32,000 nt of DNA from assembly GCF_965263415.1 (NCBI RefSeq), contig NZ_OZ253671.1:1322347-1354346 (forward strand). Direction: 5' to 3'. The DNA comes from Nitrosopumilus sp. (GTDB taxonomy: Archaea; Thermoproteota; Nitrososphaeria; Nitrososphaerales; Nitrosopumilaceae). The notes beneath the pieces were generated by a model, which did no database searches, had not been told where the DNA came from, and saw only the letters and a list, made by a program, of their open reading frames with translations. The number at the start of each line of letters is the position of its first letter. Position 1 is the first letter of the stretch. Below, piece after piece: positions 15,661-23,601 of this stretch. The translations under genes and the position numbers were made by a program.

Positions 15661-16752
15661 GTGATTAAGAGTTCTGAGATCAAGAAAATTGTTAATGAGT
15701 ACTCAGATGTAAAAATAGGCGTTCTTGGAAGTCATTCTGCACTTGAGATTATGGATGGTGCAAAAGATGAGGATTTTCAAACCAGAGTATTTTGTCAAAA
15801 AGGCAGAGAAGGTCCATATCAGAGATTCAACAGAATAGCCGATGAGATTACAGTATTAGATAAATTCAAAGAGATGGCTTCAGCCAAAATCCAAAAGGAG
15901 TTAAGAGATTCAAATACGATTATTGTCCCACACCGTTCCCTTACAGTTTATCTAGGATACAAGACAATTGAGAATTCTTTCAAAGTGCCTATTTTTGGAA
16001 ATAGGAAATTATTCCAAGCTGAAGAGAGAACTGCAAAGAAAGGACAATATTATTTGTTAGAAAAAGCCAGAATCAAATATCCAAAATTATTCAAAGATCC
16101 TAAAAGAATCAACAAACCTTGTATTGTTAAAGTACAAGAAAAGAACAGACCACTAGAGAGAGCATTTTTTACAGTATCATCTTACAAAGATTATGTTGTA
16201 AAATCTGAAGAGAAAATCAAACAAGGAGTAATTGCAAGAAAAGACCTAGAAAAAGCAAGTATTGAAGAGTTGGCAATTGGCACATACATGAATTTTAATT
16301 TCTTCCACACCCCAATTTCAGACCAAGTTGACTTTATTGGAATTGAGAGGAGACTACAAACAAACCTCATGGACTTTAATGCTCTACCTGCAAAACAACA
16401 ACTCGACATTGATGTAGATTTACAAAATATTGAAGTTGGTCACACCCCTGCAAGCATCAGAGAATCATTATTAGAAAAGGTCCTCAAAATGGGAGACAAA
16501 TTTGTAAAAGCAGTCAAGAAAGAATATGCTCCAGGAATTATCGGACCATTTTCACTTCAAAGTGTTATTACAAAAGATTTGGAGCTGATTGTGTATGACG
16601 TATCATTACGTGTTCCAGGAAATCCAATTGTTGCAACAACTAGTCCTTATACAAAATACCAGTACGGACAAACATTTGGTGTTGGTAGAAGAATTGCAAT
16701 GGAGATTAAACGTGCACAAGAAGAAGATAGACTAGATGAAATAGTCACATAG
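15661..16752 (+). CDS. purP: 5-formaminoimidazole-4-carboxamide ribonucleotide (FAICAR) synthetase, archaeal PurP
   Basis: 363 aa. Motifs LGSHSALEI..GAK, VPHRS, PIFGNR, IRESLL, MGDKFV and GIIGPFSLQS are collinear with Methanocaldococcus PurP as I remember it. Confidence 0.88.
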   Translation: MIKSSEIKKIVNEYSDVKIGVLGSHSALEIMDGAKDEDFQTRVFCQKGREGPYQRFNRIADEITVLDKFKEMASAKIQKELRDSNTIIVPHRSLTVYLGYKTIENSFKVPIFGNRKLFQAEERTAKKGQYYLLEKARIKYPKLFKDPKRINKPCIVKVQEKNRPLERAFFTVSSYKDYVVKSEEKIKQGVIARKDLEKASIEELAIGTYMNFNFFHTPISDQVDFIGIERRLQTNLMDFNALPAKQQLDIDVDLQNIEVGHTPASIRESLLEKVLKMGDKFVKAVKKEYAPGIIGPFSLQSVITKDLELIVYDVSLRVPGNPIVATTSPYTKYQYGQTFGVGRRIAMEIKRAQEEDRLDEIVT

Positions 16753-16792
16753 AAAAATTTTCGAGCAACAAACAATTTTTAGAAATTAAAAA

Positions 16793-16887
16793 GGCGCACC
16801 CCCTAATTGCAGAACTATGAGAGATTCCCTCTCGTGGTCAAACATCATAATGTTTGAGTGCCTTTATCGTTCTGCGGGGCTACGCAG
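16793..16887. ncRNA. Candidate structured RNA element (GC-rich island with nested helices); strand and function unknown
   Basis: Helices read by eye: 16809-16815/16869-16875 (7 bp), CCCC 16800-16803/GGGG 16876-16879, GAGAG 16819-16823/CTCTC 16829-16833, and TCAAACA 16838-16844/TGTTTGA 16851-16857. An alternative hairpin CTGCG/CGCAG (16872-16887) is followed by TTT. Visibly GC-richer than the flanks. Confidence 0.3.
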
Positions 16888-17192
16888 TTTATTCGTTAGA
16901 TTTTGTAACTAACGACATCAATTCATATAGGAATTTTTAGTATTTAACATTTAGTATGAAAAATTATAAGAATGATCTAAAAATATTGTAAAATTTTAGA
17001 AACATAGATCAATAAACAAAAACATATTTTCAAAACATTCCATTTGATTTTGTTAATTGGTTAGATTGGAAATACATTGAATACCATTCATTCTAACTTT
17101 GGGTGATTAAAACGGTTTGACACTCAAAATGGAATTGCTGATGCCAATTAACAATACAAACTCTTTATTCATCAAATCAAAATCATCACAAT

Positions 17193-17453
17193 ATGGGAAA
17201 AACAATCTTTGTCAAAGAGATAATCACGATTCTAAAAGAGCCTAAACTGTGCCCCACATGTGAGAAAGAAGACAGGTTAGAAAAAGACATCATCAGAGAA
17301 GAAAGATCAGATGGGAAAACAATTCTCTGTACTCGTTGTGAGGCACTAGTTGTTGTAACAAATTTGAATCTCAGAAATGTTGAACTATCCTCAAGAAAAG
17401 ATGATACCATTATGCTCAAAGAGCCTCATTTGATTAGAAAAGTAGCATACTAG
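17193..17453 (+). CDS. Small zinc-ribbon protein (CPTC...CTRC), hypothetical
   Basis: 86-aa ATG ORF with two CxxC pairs about 24 residues apart. Confidence 0.6.
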   Translation: MGKTIFVKEIITILKEPKLCPTCEKEDRLEKDIIREERSDGKTILCTRCEALVVVTNLNLRNVELSSRKDDTIMLKEPHLIRKVAY

Positions 17454-17794
17454 TCATCAGGTTTTGATAGTAGTTCTTCAATTATATATCTTCGAACATT
17501 TGCAATCTCCCAATCTCTAAGATTAGCAAGTTTGCATTCTTCTTTAATTACCAATCCTACCAATCCATCACTCCACATGTGGCGTTTTGGATCATAAACT
17601 TGAATAATTCTTCCATGTTTTTTTATCCGTATTCCACCATGACATCTCTCAATTACTTGTAATGCAACTTTTTTGTAGAGTTTTTCAAAATTGGCCATGT
17701 TTTCAAAAAGATTGCTTGTATCAAAAAGGTTCTGATGCATGAATGATAATATACTATTAGAAATCATTACAATTTGCTGATGATTAACCGACAA
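17450..17794 (-). CDS. Hypothetical protein (114 aa; alternative ATG start at 17767)
   Basis: ORF convergent with the previous gene, overlapping it by 4 nt at the 3' ends. No recognised family. Confidence 0.6.
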   Translation of the reverse strand: MSVNHQQIVMISNSILSFMHQNLFDTSNLFENMANFEKLYKKVALQVIERCHGGIRIKKHGRIIQVYDPKRHMWSDGLVGLVIKEECKLANLRDWEIANVRRYIIEELLSKPDD

Positions 17795-17850
17795 CTAAGC
17801 TAATCACTGAATGATGATGAGTTTGCCGAATTATGAAGCAGAAACTATAA

Positions 17851-18243
17851 TCATGTACTTCTATTTTCAACATTTACAATCATAGAAAGTGGAGGAGACA
17901 AAGCTTCAGGGTTGTCAATGCTTTCCCAAACAAAAACTTGGATATGGAAAGTTCCAGTCTCAGTTGGAATCCATGACTGGGCAGGAGAAAATGACTGACG
18001 AGGAGACAAAGAACCAGTCAACCAAGATAATGAAATTACAACTTCTTGATCATTTCTGACTTGGGTCAAATATGCAAAGTTTTGAGAGACGTCTTGATTA
18101 TTGGAAATATCGGCCATAATCATTATTTGTTCATCAACATAGTGGATTTTTTCTCCAGATGGAATTGTAGTAGAGATGGGTTCAGCAAAAGCAAACCCGC
18201 TAGTCATAGTAAGTAAAAGTGCAAAAAATACTGCAATCTTCAT
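17851..18243 (-). CDS. Secreted hypothetical protein
   Basis: Start moved to MKIAVFFALLLTMTSGFAFA (signal-peptide-like). The remainder looks beta-rich (FHIQVFVWESIDNPEALSPP). Confidence 0.7.
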   Translation of the reverse strand: MKIAVFFALLLTMTSGFAFAEPISTTIPSGEKIHYVDEQIMIMADISNNQDVSQNFAYLTQVRNDQEVVISLSWLTGSLSPRQSFSPAQSWIPTETGTFHIQVFVWESIDNPEALSPPLSMIVNVENRST

Positions 18244-18278
18244 AACGAGTATTAGTAGGCACAATATTTAATCTAGCT

Positions 18279-18464
18279 ATGGGAGAACTTCCTGAAAAAT
18301 TTCCAGAGTATTCTATAATGTATAAAACAATTTCAAATCAAATCAACGTTTTACAAAAACAAAAAGAAAAGTCACAAGACAATACAGAATTAGATTCAAA
18401 AATTAAAAAATATCAAGAAGAGTTAGAAAAGATAAAGAAAATGTTTCCAGATAATTTTTTTTAA
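18279..18464 (+). CDS. Small coiled-coil protein of the KTISN...MFPD family
   Basis: 61 aa. It shares YKTISN and the C-terminal KIKKMFPD with the 23862-24134 product (LTKTISN...RIKEMFPD). Confidence 0.6.
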   Translation: MGELPEKFPEYSIMYKTISNQINVLQKQKEKSQDNTELDSKIKKYQEELEKIKKMFPDNFF

Positions 18465-18471
18465 AAATTAG

Positions 18472-18690
18472 TTATTCATGATGATGATCATGACCACAAT
18501 CACATTGATGTTCTCCACCATTTGCAGCCATTAATTTTTGAACCATCTCATCTCGGATTTTTAACAAATCACCAACTTGTTGTTTGTGAGAGTCAGATTC
18601 CCAATTTCCTTGTTGTAATTCTCTTACAACATCAATAATTTCAAGATCTACATTTAGCAGATTATCCATTAATTGCTCCTGTTCATTCAT
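18472..18690 (-). CDS. Small helical protein with a C-terminal Cys/His-rich tail (EHQCDCGHDHHHE)
   Basis: The ORF track starts at 18702; MNEQEQL at 18690 is the likely start. The tail is a plausible metal-binding patch. No family recognised. Confidence 0.6.
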   Translation of the reverse strand: MNEQEQLMDNLLNVDLEIIDVVRELQQGNWESDSHKQQVGDLLKIRDEMVQKLMAANGGEHQCDCGHDHHHE

Positions 18691-18730
18691 GATAAACCAC
18701 AATCATACTAGGAGAAAAACTGTTCTAATT

Positions 18731-19183
18731 TCAGGTTTCAGCTTCCATACTTTCCTTTAACAAGGACTTTCGTACAAGAATTGGAATATTATAGTATGCA
18801 GCAAGTGCCATGGCATCAGACGCACGATAGTTTCTCAAAACAAGGTCTTTTTTACCTGTAAAGTACAAATTTGCTCGCAAAACCTCGCCACTTTCATAGA
18901 TTTTGACTTTGACAAGAACTAATTCATTTTCTTCACAAATGTCTTCAATCATTTTGTAAATAGAAGGAGCAGATTCACCGCTGGGATCATCACCAAAACT
19001 TGAGATGTGTTTTGCAACTTCGCCAGAAAAGGCTCTCATGTGAAACTCTTTCCCATTATCAGACTTTAGAATGACCATGCCTTCAACAGCATAAGGATCG
19101 ACAAATCCAACATAATCAATTTTTACCGATTCATAATCAGGCTCTTGTGCTTGATTGATATCCATTGTACGCATAAACTTCAT
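18731..19183 (-). CDS. Bifunctional-nuclease (DUF151/BFN) domain protein
   Basis: RASDAMALAAYYNIPILVRKSLL matches the conserved (R)PSDAIALAlr..aPIyV segment of DUF151. The size (150 aa) fits. Confidence 0.7.
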   Translation of the reverse strand: MKFMRTMDINQAQEPDYESVKIDYVGFVDPYAVEGMVILKSDNGKEFHMRAFSGEVAKHISSFGDDPSGESAPSIYKMIEDICEENELVLVKVKIYESGEVLRANLYFTGKKDLVLRNYRASDAMALAAYYNIPILVRKSLLKESMEAET

Positions 19184-19314
19184 GCCCAGTGCTTATAAAG
19201 ATAGCAAAATTTTGAGATCAATACGGATTATTTCATCAAGGTTAATTTTTTTTAGACGATCAATGCTACAGCGTAACCCCAAATTATTTAAAATCCTTAA
19301 CTAAGGGTAGCTTA

Positions 19315-21132
19315 ATGTCAACAAACCCAGAACGTGCGGTATCATATGTGTTAAACAAATCCGTAACAGAATACATGGACAAAGATGTTTTGATTCTAAG
19401 TCAGAACACACTAACAAGAGAGGCAACTAGAATGCTACAACATTATGAAACAGACGACATCATAGTTACAAATGAAGACAGGGTACCAGTAGGGATTGTT
19501 ACGGATGAAGATATTCTAAGTAAAGTAAGTGATGTTACAGTGTATGCTGAAGCTACAAAACTAAAAGACATCATGTCTACACCACTTGTTACAATTAATG
19601 AAAAATCGACATTACAAGATGCATTGCACAAAATGAGAGACAACAGTATTAGAAAATTACCAGTTTTATCAAAAAAGAATCAAGTTATTGGAATGATTTT
19701 CCAAACAACTATTGCAAATGTAATCAGAGATGCAACTGCTTCTGAACCCCGATTATTAAGTCCGCCAGTAAAAGCAGTACTTGGTAATCTAGGATTTGTT
19801 TTACAATTTGCAGGAGTCTTGTTGCTTGTTCCAGCAATCGTATCTACAATTTTAGAAGATACACTTACTGCTACAGGAATTTACCTTACAACAGTTCTGT
19901 TACTAGTCACAGGATTCTTTTTGAATTCTTATGGTGAAAAGTCTAGTCTGAATCTGCAGCAGGCGTCGATATTGGTGTTTTCTAGCCTGTTTTTGCTGTC
20001 GCTGTTTGGAACTGTGCCGTATCTGTATGTCTTCCCAAGTGAGGAAACCAATGTAGATGTGTTTGGAAATGCATTCTTTTCAAGTGCAGCAGGATTTACC
20101 ACAGGAGGAATCTCTCTATTTGATACACCTGAAGAAGAATTAACTCAAAGTTTCACATTCTACCGTAGTTATACACAACTGGTAGGGGGAATGAGTTTCA
20201 TTTACCTGGTAATTACTGCATTTTATCCAGAATCAAAACTACAATCAATGCGTGGTTTTATTTCTGGAAGAACATTACACATGAAAGAACTCTTTTCAAC
20301 AATCACTGTAATTTTTGCAGTGTATATTGTCATTGTTGCAATGTTGTTGTATTTCTTTGGACAAGAAAATCTGCTTGATGATTTTTCATTGGCAATGAGT
20401 ACACTTGCAACAGGAGGATTTGTCCCGTCATCAACTATTATCGATAACTTGGGATGGCAAGAAGAAGTAATTTTGATGGGAGCGATGATACTGGGGGCAT
20501 TACCGTTTACATTCCACTATGCATTTGTAAGAAAAAAATTCCTTGCACCAAAATTAGGAAAAGAAGTTCTCACATACTTTGCAATTTTAGGTGGCGCCAC
20601 AGTATTGTTTATTTCAATTAGTGGATTAGAACCATTAGAAAGTGCATTTTATTCAGTTTCTGCAAGTACTACTGCAGGACTACAACTGCAAAGTTTAGCA
20701 GGACTAGGGGGATTTGCACACGCAATTTTGATAGCACTGATGTTTATTGGCGGATGTGGATTCTCAACTGCAGGAGGACTAAAGATTTTCAGATTATTCC
20801 ATCTTAAAAATTGCAGATCATTTTTTAGCAGTGTTAAAAGAAAAGAACTCTCAACTCAGACAAAAAAAGAGATCACATCAACACTAATCATCATAGCATT
20901 ATTCCCAGTAATTTCAGCAATAACTGGATTACATCTTGCTGAAACTGAAGATGTATCATACCAAGACGCATTCTTTGAAGCTGCAGGCGTGATTACCACA
21001 GGGGGGTTATCAGCAGGAGTAATTGATTCAGACACGGATCCTGCAACAAAGATTGTCTTGGGATTTTTGATGATATTTGGCAGACTAGAGATAATTGCAA
21101 TCATCTACATCTTTGTGCCCAGATTAAGTTAA
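19315..21132 (+). CDS. CBS-pair domain fused to a TrkH/KtrB-type cation (K+) transporter
   Basis: Residues 1-140 contain two CBS repeats (VTEYM...IVTDEDIL; LKDIM...GMIFQTTI). The membrane part carries four P-loop-like motifs (GFTTGGISLF, LATGGFVPS, STTAGLQ, VITTGGLSAG) and the TrkH-typical GGCGFSTAGGLKIFR loop. Confidence 0.85.
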   Translation: MSTNPERAVSYVLNKSVTEYMDKDVLILSQNTLTREATRMLQHYETDDIIVTNEDRVPVGIVTDEDILSKVSDVTVYAEATKLKDIMSTPLVTINEKSTLQDALHKMRDNSIRKLPVLSKKNQVIGMIFQTTIANVIRDATASEPRLLSPPVKAVLGNLGFVLQFAGVLLLVPAIVSTILEDTLTATGIYLTTVLLLVTGFFLNSYGEKSSLNLQQASILVFSSLFLLSLFGTVPYLYVFPSEETNVDVFGNAFFSSAAGFTTGGISLFDTPEEELTQSFTFYRSYTQLVGGMSFIYLVITAFYPESKLQSMRGFISGRTLHMKELFSTITVIFAVYIVIVAMLLYFFGQENLLDDFSLAMSTLATGGFVPSSTIIDNLGWQEEVILMGAMILGALPFTFHYAFVRKKFLAPKLGKEVLTYFAILGGATVLFISISGLEPLESAFYSVSASTTAGLQLQSLAGLGGFAHAILIALMFIGGCGFSTAGGLKIFRLFHLKNCRSFFSSVKRKELSTQTKKEITSTLIIIALFPVISAITGLHLAETEDVSYQDAFFEAAGVITTGGLSAGVIDSDTDPATKIVLGFLMIFGRLEIIAIIYIFVPRLS

Positions 21133-21168
21133 GATAGAATTTAATCACATGGCAAAAAAAGAATCATC

Positions 21169-21981
21169 ATGGAGCAATCAAATTCAGTTAGCAAAGGCAA
21201 GAAACTGATTGTTTTAGGATTTGTTGCAATAGCATTACTATTCATCATTTATGCAAGATACCAGGATTCAGAATTACTCACACCAAGTGCAATTGAAGCA
21301 ATTCAAAGAATTGCATACATCTTTTACATTGCATTGATTGCATCATTTGGAGCAATTGCTCTTGGAATGTACAGATACCATAAAGGAAAAATAGAAAAAA
21401 ACGAAAAAGATCTTTCAACAATAATTGCATTAATCACTTGGAACCAAAAATCAAGAAAAATTTTTGTTGCAACTTTTGTAGGGTATGGAATATTCTTTGC
21501 ACTAGTATCAGGAACACTGGTGTATCAACCGGAAGTAACTTTCTCAATACACTATGGTGCAGAGATTCCTTCAGGATTTGTTGCACCATGTTGTGGAGAG
21601 TTGGGATATATGCCAAAAGTAATCATTTACCTTACAGAACATATTGGATTACAAGTAATTCCAATAAATCTAGTACTACAAATCATTGTATCATATCTAG
21701 TTGCATTAAACACATCAATTGCAATTAGCGCATACACATTTTCTAAACAAGGGAGTGGAATGAGTGGAGTTGGTGCAATTGTTGGTGCATTTATTGCATG
21801 TCCAACTTGTGCAGGCACATTTTTTTCATTGTTTATCGGGACTGCAAGCGGAATCGCCCTATCTCTTGCACTAGCACAATTACAGACATTACTAATTGCA
21901 GTATCAATACCAATACTACTAGCAACACCATACATTATGGCGAAAAAATTACGTAATCCAGATGGAAGTTGTAAAATCTAA
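21169..21981 (+). CDS. Polytopic membrane protein with conserved-looking Cys motifs (PCCGE, ACPTCAG), hypothetical
   Basis: 270 aa with at least 6 hydrophobic segments. It starts 37 nt after the transporter gene. The three internal alternate-frame ORFs are artefacts. Confidence 0.75.
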   Translation: MEQSNSVSKGKKLIVLGFVAIALLFIIYARYQDSELLTPSAIEAIQRIAYIFYIALIASFGAIALGMYRYHKGKIEKNEKDLSTIIALITWNQKSRKIFVATFVGYGIFFALVSGTLVYQPEVTFSIHYGAEIPSGFVAPCCGELGYMPKVIIYLTEHIGLQVIPINLVLQIIVSYLVALNTSIAISAYTFSKQGSGMSGVGAIVGAFIACPTCAGTFFSLFIGTASGIALSLALAQLQTLLIAVSIPILLATPYIMAKKLRNPDGSCKI

Positions 21982-21991
21982 TTCAAAATTT

Positions 21992-22255
21992 TCAAGTAAA
22001 CCAGTGATTGAATTTTCGTACATGGGGACGTTTATGGTTACCGATATCGTATCCGTCTCTTCTCAAAAATTTAAGAGTGAATTTGTAAAGTAATTCGTCA
22101 TGATCAACTTGCTCTAAAATTTGAGACCATAGAATTCGTCCATTTTGTTCAATTTGATCTTTAAAATTTGGATTCAAAGACTCAGCAATTTCTTTACATT
22201 GTTCAAGAGTTTTGCCGTTTTTGTATGCACGAACACGTCGATCACATGAATCCAT
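21992..22255 (-). CDS. Hypothetical protein (87 aa)
   Basis: ATG ORF with a charged, helical-looking sequence. No recognised family. Confidence 0.55.
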   Translation of the reverse strand: MDSCDRRVRAYKNGKTLEQCKEIAESLNPNFKDQIEQNGRILWSQILEQVDHDELLYKFTLKFLRRDGYDIGNHKRPHVRKFNHWFT

Positions 22256-22329
22256 GAGATATAGTAATCTTGAAATTATTTTAATCTAATTCAGAATGCA
22301 AACAAATACCAGATAAAGAATCATCTAGC

Positions 22330-22563
22330 ATGGGCATTGGAAGTGCTGAAGAATATGTGGATTTTTTCGTCAATCTAAACATGGGGGAAAATGTTCCTTT
22401 GATCAGTTTTGTAAATAATGAAAAAATGGTCCTAAAACAAAAATTAGAAAACAAAAACATTCCAAAAGAACCACTCAAGAAAGGAATAGAAATTCTAGAA
22501 CAACTGACAAAAGAGATTAGTGAGATGGGTCAAGACAAAGTCATAGAAAAATATCAAAAATAG
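22330..22563 (+). CDS. Hypothetical protein (77 aa)
   Basis: Preferred over the antisense ORF 22281-22478, which is Phe/Ser/Leu-rich. It ends 9 nt before the next gene, whose start follows an AGGAG. Confidence 0.55.
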   Translation: MGIGSAEEYVDFFVNLNMGENVPLISFVNNEKMVLKQKLENKNIPKEPLKKGIEILEQLTKEISEMGQDKVIEKYQK

Positions 22564-22572
22564 GAGAAAATA

Positions 22573-23139
22573 TTGGACAAAAACTCAGAGATTATCAGAA
22601 TAGAAATTATTAGAATTCTAAATGAAAATGGGAAAATCAGAGGCACCGAATTAGCAAAAAGAGTGATGGAGAAAGTTGGAAATGAAAAAACAGTGTACAG
22701 AGAAATTAGTGCCCTTGTAGAATCAGGAGATATTGAAAAAAGAGTCCACAGTAGAGCCCACATCGAATATGAATTAGTTAATTTGTATGAATCAGTAAAT
22801 AATCAATTAAAGAATCTGCATAGTGAAGTCAAAACAATTTTTGAAGAAATAGAAAATTTTGACAATATCAGTAAAGCAGAAAAATTTTCATTTCATGAAA
22901 GATTGAGATCAATTATTCATTTAATTCAAATTGTTCAATCAACGGATGGCATTATGAAGTTGTTATCATTTTATCCAACATTTAGAAAAGACAAAATGTT
23001 TTCACAAATTAATAGAAAAATTGATGATTGTTGGCAAGCAATCATGACAAACATTTCACATCAGCCGGAAGACGTGTTTCTTAATGAGATTTTAGCAAAT
23101 TTGAGAATATCTCATATGGATACAAAAAATGTCAACTAA
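22573..23139 (+). CDS. Winged-helix (wHTH) N-terminal domain protein with helical C-terminal domain; paralog of 28671-29249
   Basis: IIRIEIIRILNENGKIRGTELAKRV...KTVYREISALVESGDIEKRV is MarR/ArsR-like in layout. TTG start with AGGAG 7 nt upstream. Collinear with the 192-aa protein at 28671-29249. Confidence 0.7.
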   Translation: MDKNSEIIRIEIIRILNENGKIRGTELAKRVMEKVGNEKTVYREISALVESGDIEKRVHSRAHIEYELVNLYESVNNQLKNLHSEVKTIFEEIENFDNISKAEKFSFHERLRSIIHLIQIVQSTDGIMKLLSFYPTFRKDKMFSQINRKIDDCWQAIMTNISHQPEDVFLNEILANLRISHMDTKNVN

Positions 23140-23407
23140 AATTTTTTAGTTTTTCAATAATTACTTTGAGTATCTCTTCATCATCTAAAAGAACCAAAGG
23201 GAAGTCATTTTCTTCACTTGCTTTTCGGAATTCTTTGTCTTTTGTAACGATGATCAAATTATTTTTTTGAGCGTATTGAATTATTGAAAAATCTGAACCA
23301 AGTTTTTCTCCAGCCATGTTGAGTTTTCTTACACTTAATGCATCAAAACCATGTTCTTTAAGACGTTCATCCATACCATCCAGATTTTCATCTACAAGAA
23401 TTTTCAT
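23132..23407 (-). CDS. PIN-like domain protein (DUF5615 / Mut7-C-type putative ribonuclease)
   Basis: MKILVDENLDGMDERLKEHGFDALSV...SDFSIIQYAQKNNLIIVTKDKEF follows the DUF5615/Mut7-C pattern (M.il.DEnl....L...G.d...v......D..i...a.....ilvT.DkdF). Confidence 0.65.
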   Translation of the reverse strand: MKILVDENLDGMDERLKEHGFDALSVRKLNMAGEKLGSDFSIIQYAQKNNLIIVTKDKEFRKASEENDFPLVLLDDEEILKVIIEKLKNFS

Positions 23408-23446
23408 AATATGACTAAATTTGATTTCAATATTAGTGTAAAACTA

Positions 23447-23545
23447 TCAAGGCAAATCATGACCACATGCAGGACAAACTTTGAGTTTACAATATTCACA
23501 ACCGCATTTGGGGCAGGACTTTACAGAATCCAGTGGAAATGTCAT
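23447..23545 (-). CDS. Mini zinc-ribbon protein (32 aa); below the ORF-track cutoff
   Basis: Hand-translated as MTFPLDSVKSCPKCGCEYCKLKVCPACGHDLP*. Contains CPKC and CPAC pairs. Lies 39 nt upstream of the PIN-like gene on the same strand. Confidence 0.4.
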   Translation of the reverse strand: MTFPLDSVKSCPKCGCEYCKLKVCPACGHDLP

Positions 23546-23601
23546 AATATTCATTACAAAATTTATTTTTAAGCTTGATTATGCTTTTCAGGCCAATTTT
23601 T

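Noticed and set aside
16819-16913. 31-codon ORF (MRDSLSWSNIIMFECLYRSAGLRSLFVRFCN) inside the GC-rich island.
   Set aside because: It has an implausible composition and no promoter or SD context. The extensive base-pairing potential favours an RNA-level explanation.
17777-17817. C/D-box sRNA-like motifs (CTGATGA ... CTGA ... TGATGA) in the 17795-17850 spacer region.
   Set aside because: The spacing between the C and D' boxes is about 23 nt instead of about 12. No terminal D box (CUGA) or terminal stem was found. Part of the motif lies in a possible coding N-terminus.
21434-21935. Three ORFs (21434-21616 -, 21438-21728 +, 21627-21935 -) inside the 270-aa membrane-protein gene.
   Set aside because: These are alternate-frame or antisense artefacts of a long, hydrophobic, codon-biased gene. 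None has a plausible start context.
22281-22478. 65-aa minus-strand ORF competing with the plus-strand ORF 22330-22563.
   Set aside because: It has a Phe/Ser/Leu-rich antisense-type composition. The plus-strand ORF is coupled (9-nt spacer, AGGAG) to the following wHTH gene.
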